Shown here: piece by piece, positions 61,319 through 64,000 of the stretch | Numbering within the stretch: the stretch's first letter is position 1 | Layout: each line of letters begins with the position of its first letter | NCBI GenBank assembly: GCA_052327205.1 | Contig: CM126219.1 | Span: 67,890,001 to 67,954,000 of the forward strand | From: Somniosus microcephalus | Taxonomy: Eukaryota | Direction: 5' to 3' | Length of the DNA: 64,000 bases | Made by a program: the position numbers and the translations under genes | Notes under the pieces: model-generated | What the model was told of the DNA's origin: nothing | Database searches by the model: none | The model's input: only the letters and a program-made list of their open reading frames with translations

Positions 61319-62462
61319 TCAGCAGGGGCCTAGAAGCGGCTTGCTATCAGCTTCAACATTGTGGGCTTCCCTCCCGCCTTGGTGCTGCTGACGATCATCC
61401 TCCTCCTCTTCCTCCTCCTCTTCCTCCTCCTCCTCTGGTGGTGCTCCAAGGCCTGGTGGCATTGGCTGGGTCCTGAGGATTGCCAGGTTATGCAGCATGC
61501 AGCACACAACAACGAAGTGGGAGACTCGCTCAGGTGAGTACTGCAGGGCTCCTCCTGAGTGGTCCAGACAGCGGAACCGTTGCTTGAGCACGCCGATTGT
61601 GTGCTCAACGATGTTCCTGGTAGTGAGATGGCTCTCGTTGTATCGTTGCTCAGCAGGGGTGTTGGAGTTATGGAGCAGTGTCATCAGCCAGGTGCACAGT
61701 GGATATCCCTTGTCCCTGAGAAGCCAACCACTTGGGTGATGCGGTGCCTGGAAAAGTTCTGCCACAGTAGTCTGACGCAGGATGAATGCATCGTGGCTGC
61801 TGCCAGGATAGCAGGCATTGACAGCGAGTATCAGCTGTCTGTGGTCACAGGCCAACTGGACGTTTAAGGAGTGGAACCCCTTTCGGTTGCGGAAATCCTC
61901 TGCATTCTCATGCGGTGCCCGCAATGCCACATGTGTGCAGTCAATGGCGCCCTGCACCATGGGGAAGCCCGCTATCCTCGCAAAGCCCATTGCGCATTCA
62001 TGCTGTTTGGCCCGGGTTATTGGGAAAGAGATGTACTCTCGTCTCCTTTTATAGAGGGCATTTGTGACCTGACGGATGCAGCAATGGACCGTGAACTGGG
62101 AGATATTGCCGATGTCCCCAGTAGCTGCTTGAAAGGAGCCGGTGGCATAAAAGTTCAGAGCCACTGTTATCTTCACTGCCACCGACAGAGATGTCCTGCT
62201 CCTCAGTTGAGGCTGCAGATCTGGCTGCAGCAGGTGGCAGAGCTCAGTGACCACCTTCTTGCTGAAGCGCAGCCTTCGCAAACAGTGCTCCTCAGACGTA
62301 GGAGAATTGTTGGCGAAATACCCTGGGAGGGTAAGGTCTCCTGTACAGAGGCCTGTTGGCCCTTCTCCCCCGTCTGGCCATGATTGCCACTCTCTCTCTG
62401 CGTCTCTGTGCCCTCCGAATCTGCAGGCACAGGACAACGGCCCCAATCAGTGCAGCCCCCAT
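61319..62462 (-). pseudogene. Harbinger DDE transposase (HARBI1-like); frameshift near 62300 and probably near 61360
   Basis: ATG 62462 MGAALIG...RRPYPPRVFR; then LRRLRFSK, FYATGSFQ, GAIDCTHV, GSSHDAFIL, DKGY, IVEHTIGVLKQRFRCLD, CCMLHN, poly-E. Confidence 0.93.
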
Positions 62463-62986
62463 AGTATCTTGGCAATCAAAGTAATGAAGGTCAAAAACCA
62501 AAGCACCTGCAAAGTGATGCTCAGTAGCCAAAACTACTTCACATAGCAAAGACTCTATGCAGAAGTCTCTCTTCTCTCTCAGAATCTCTCTCTCTGTCAG
62601 AACGAGTGGTGCAAAAATGTCTACGACAGGAAAAGCCAGGAAGAGGCCGCCTTTAAATAGTCCCCCCCCCCACCGCCCCAGCCCCACAGCGACTGGGAAG
62701 CGTTCCAGTCTACCTGTCGTTGCTTGCGCCAGGCGGAAAGGAGGGGGGTGCCACTCAATATCCATTCTGGGGCGCCACAAGGGCGCTGCACGCTCGAATG
62801 ACGTCAAGATCTGCGGGCGCAGGAGATCAAGGCGGTATTATTTATTGCCGCCGCAAAATGTCTGGTCAATTTTGCGAGAGGCGCAGATATCGCCGCGCCC
62901 GGGCACAAGTTTGCGCCCCATTAGCGCCCTCTTAAGGCGCTAACGGGAGGCGCAAACCAACTGAATTTTTCCCCCATAGAGTCATA

Positions 62987-63874
62987 GGGGGAAAAATTCA
63001 GTATCGTCCCGTTTGGGGCGCGATTATCGGCCGTGCGTAAAGTTTAGTGCCTGGCGCTAATTATCGCCTCCAACTGCAAACTTGGCTTTTATCGCCCCTG
63101 GAGTTGATTGGAGCGCTAAATCAGGCGCTACACACCTCTCTTAAGGTGCAAAGGCCGAGGAGCGAGGCGCTAACTCAGAGCGCTGGCGAAGGTCATGTGA
63201 TATCAGTCAGCAATGGAACACAGACACAATGGCGCTGGCCAGTTCTTAAAGGGGAGGGTCGATCTTGCTCTCCATCCACACCCTGCTCATTGCCGCCTTG
63301 AATCTCGGCCTGGAGAGACCTGTACATCAAATCTTTGGAAAGAACAATGGAGAGGCCCAGGGAAAGAGCTCAGAGTGCAGCCCCATAGTCTCTTCTAAAT
63401 CGATGCAAGGAAGGTCAAAGCAAAATGAACCTGCAAAGTGCTGCTCTGTGCCCAGAACTCCTTCACACAGCGTTGAATCTCTCCAGAAGTCTCTCTCTCT
63501 CTCAGAATGCGTGGTGCAAAAATGTCACCAACAAAAAAAGGCAGAAAGCGGTCACCTTTAAATAGCGCTCTCCCAGTCCCTTCCCAACTGCAAAACGCTC
63601 CCCTCAACCTGTCGTTGCTAGTGGCAGGCGGTAAGGCAGGGGGTGCCACTCAATATCCGGTCCGGGGCGCTACCGGGGCGTTGCACGCTCGATTGACGTC
63701 ACGATCTGCGGGTGCAGAAGACCGTGGCAGTAGTGTTTAGCGCCGCCACAAAATGTCTCGTTAATTTCATGAGCGGCGCAAACATCGCCGTGCACGGGCG
63801 CTGGTTGCTTTGCGCCCCATTAGCGCCCTCTTAAGGTGCTAATAGGAGGCGCAAACCAACTGAATTTTTCCTCC
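62987..63874 (+). mobile_element. 888-bp non-autonomous Harbinger derivative
   Basis: TIR gggggaaaaattcagt / actgaatttttcctcc; TSD ata at 62984-62986 and 63875-63877; both ends homologous to 58789-62975. Confidence 0.96.
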
Positions 63875-64000
63875 ATAGAGTTATACAGCACAGAAAGAGG
63901 CCCTTCGGCCCATCGTGCCTGCGCCGGTCATCAAGTCCTATTTATTCTAATCCCATTTTCCAGCACTTGGTCCGTAGCCTTGTATGCTATGGCGTTTCAA
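63875..64000 (-). mobile_element. CR1 3' end; its (catagagt)n tail continues at 62976-62986 and 58777-58788
   Basis: atagagttatacagcacagaaagaggcccttcggcccatc is the reverse of a CR1 3' terminus, as at 38128 and 56557. Confidence 0.85.

Larger units (their letters stand above)
58789..62975. mobile_element. Full-length two-gene PIF/Harbinger DNA transposon (4187 bp)
   Basis: Perfect 16-bp TIR gggggaaaaattcagt / actgaatttttccccc; TSD ata at 58786-58788 and 62976-62978; convergent Myb/SANT (+) and DDE transposase (-) genes. Confidence 0.97.

Noticed and set aside
61319-62462. Domesticated host HARBI1/NAIF1 genes
   Set aside because: Enclosed by perfect TIRs and a TSD, frameshifted, and accompanied by MITE derivatives

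Overview
Vertebrate genomic DNA, most likely from a shark or other cartilaginous fish, inferred from HE1-type V-SINEs with CR1/HER1 tails, a Deu-domain SINE and shark-type CR1 and Penelope families. The window is dominated by nested transposable elements around one host gene, SIKE1. SIKE1 lies on the minus strand with five coding exons (36502-27780, 204 aa) and a GC-box/ETS-CRE promoter near 37.8 kb. The elements are: two tail-to-tail Gypsy sister copies; an intact single-ORF Gypsy with no tRNA primer-binding site but a 13-bp PBS/LTR complementarity suggesting self-priming; three solo LTRs; several CR1 LINEs, one with a 54-bp-monomer 5' array; a Vingi-like LINE; L2 fragments; Penelope elements with inverted pLTRs and minimal hammerhead motifs; a pogo/Tigger-like MITE; and a two-gene Harbinger transposon (Myb/SANT plus DDE) with derived MITEs. 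Most notable are (i) four Harbinger-type insertions whose empty sites share C-A[T/G]A-GAGT[C/T], all inside CR1, two of them in consecutive units of one CR1 tail repeat; (ii) the putatively self-priming Gypsy; (iii) an 83-bp hammerhead-bearing hairpin in SIKE1 intron 3; and (iv) a perfect 50-bp inverted copy bracketing SIKE1 coding exon 2. All family names come from motif recognition, not from database searches.
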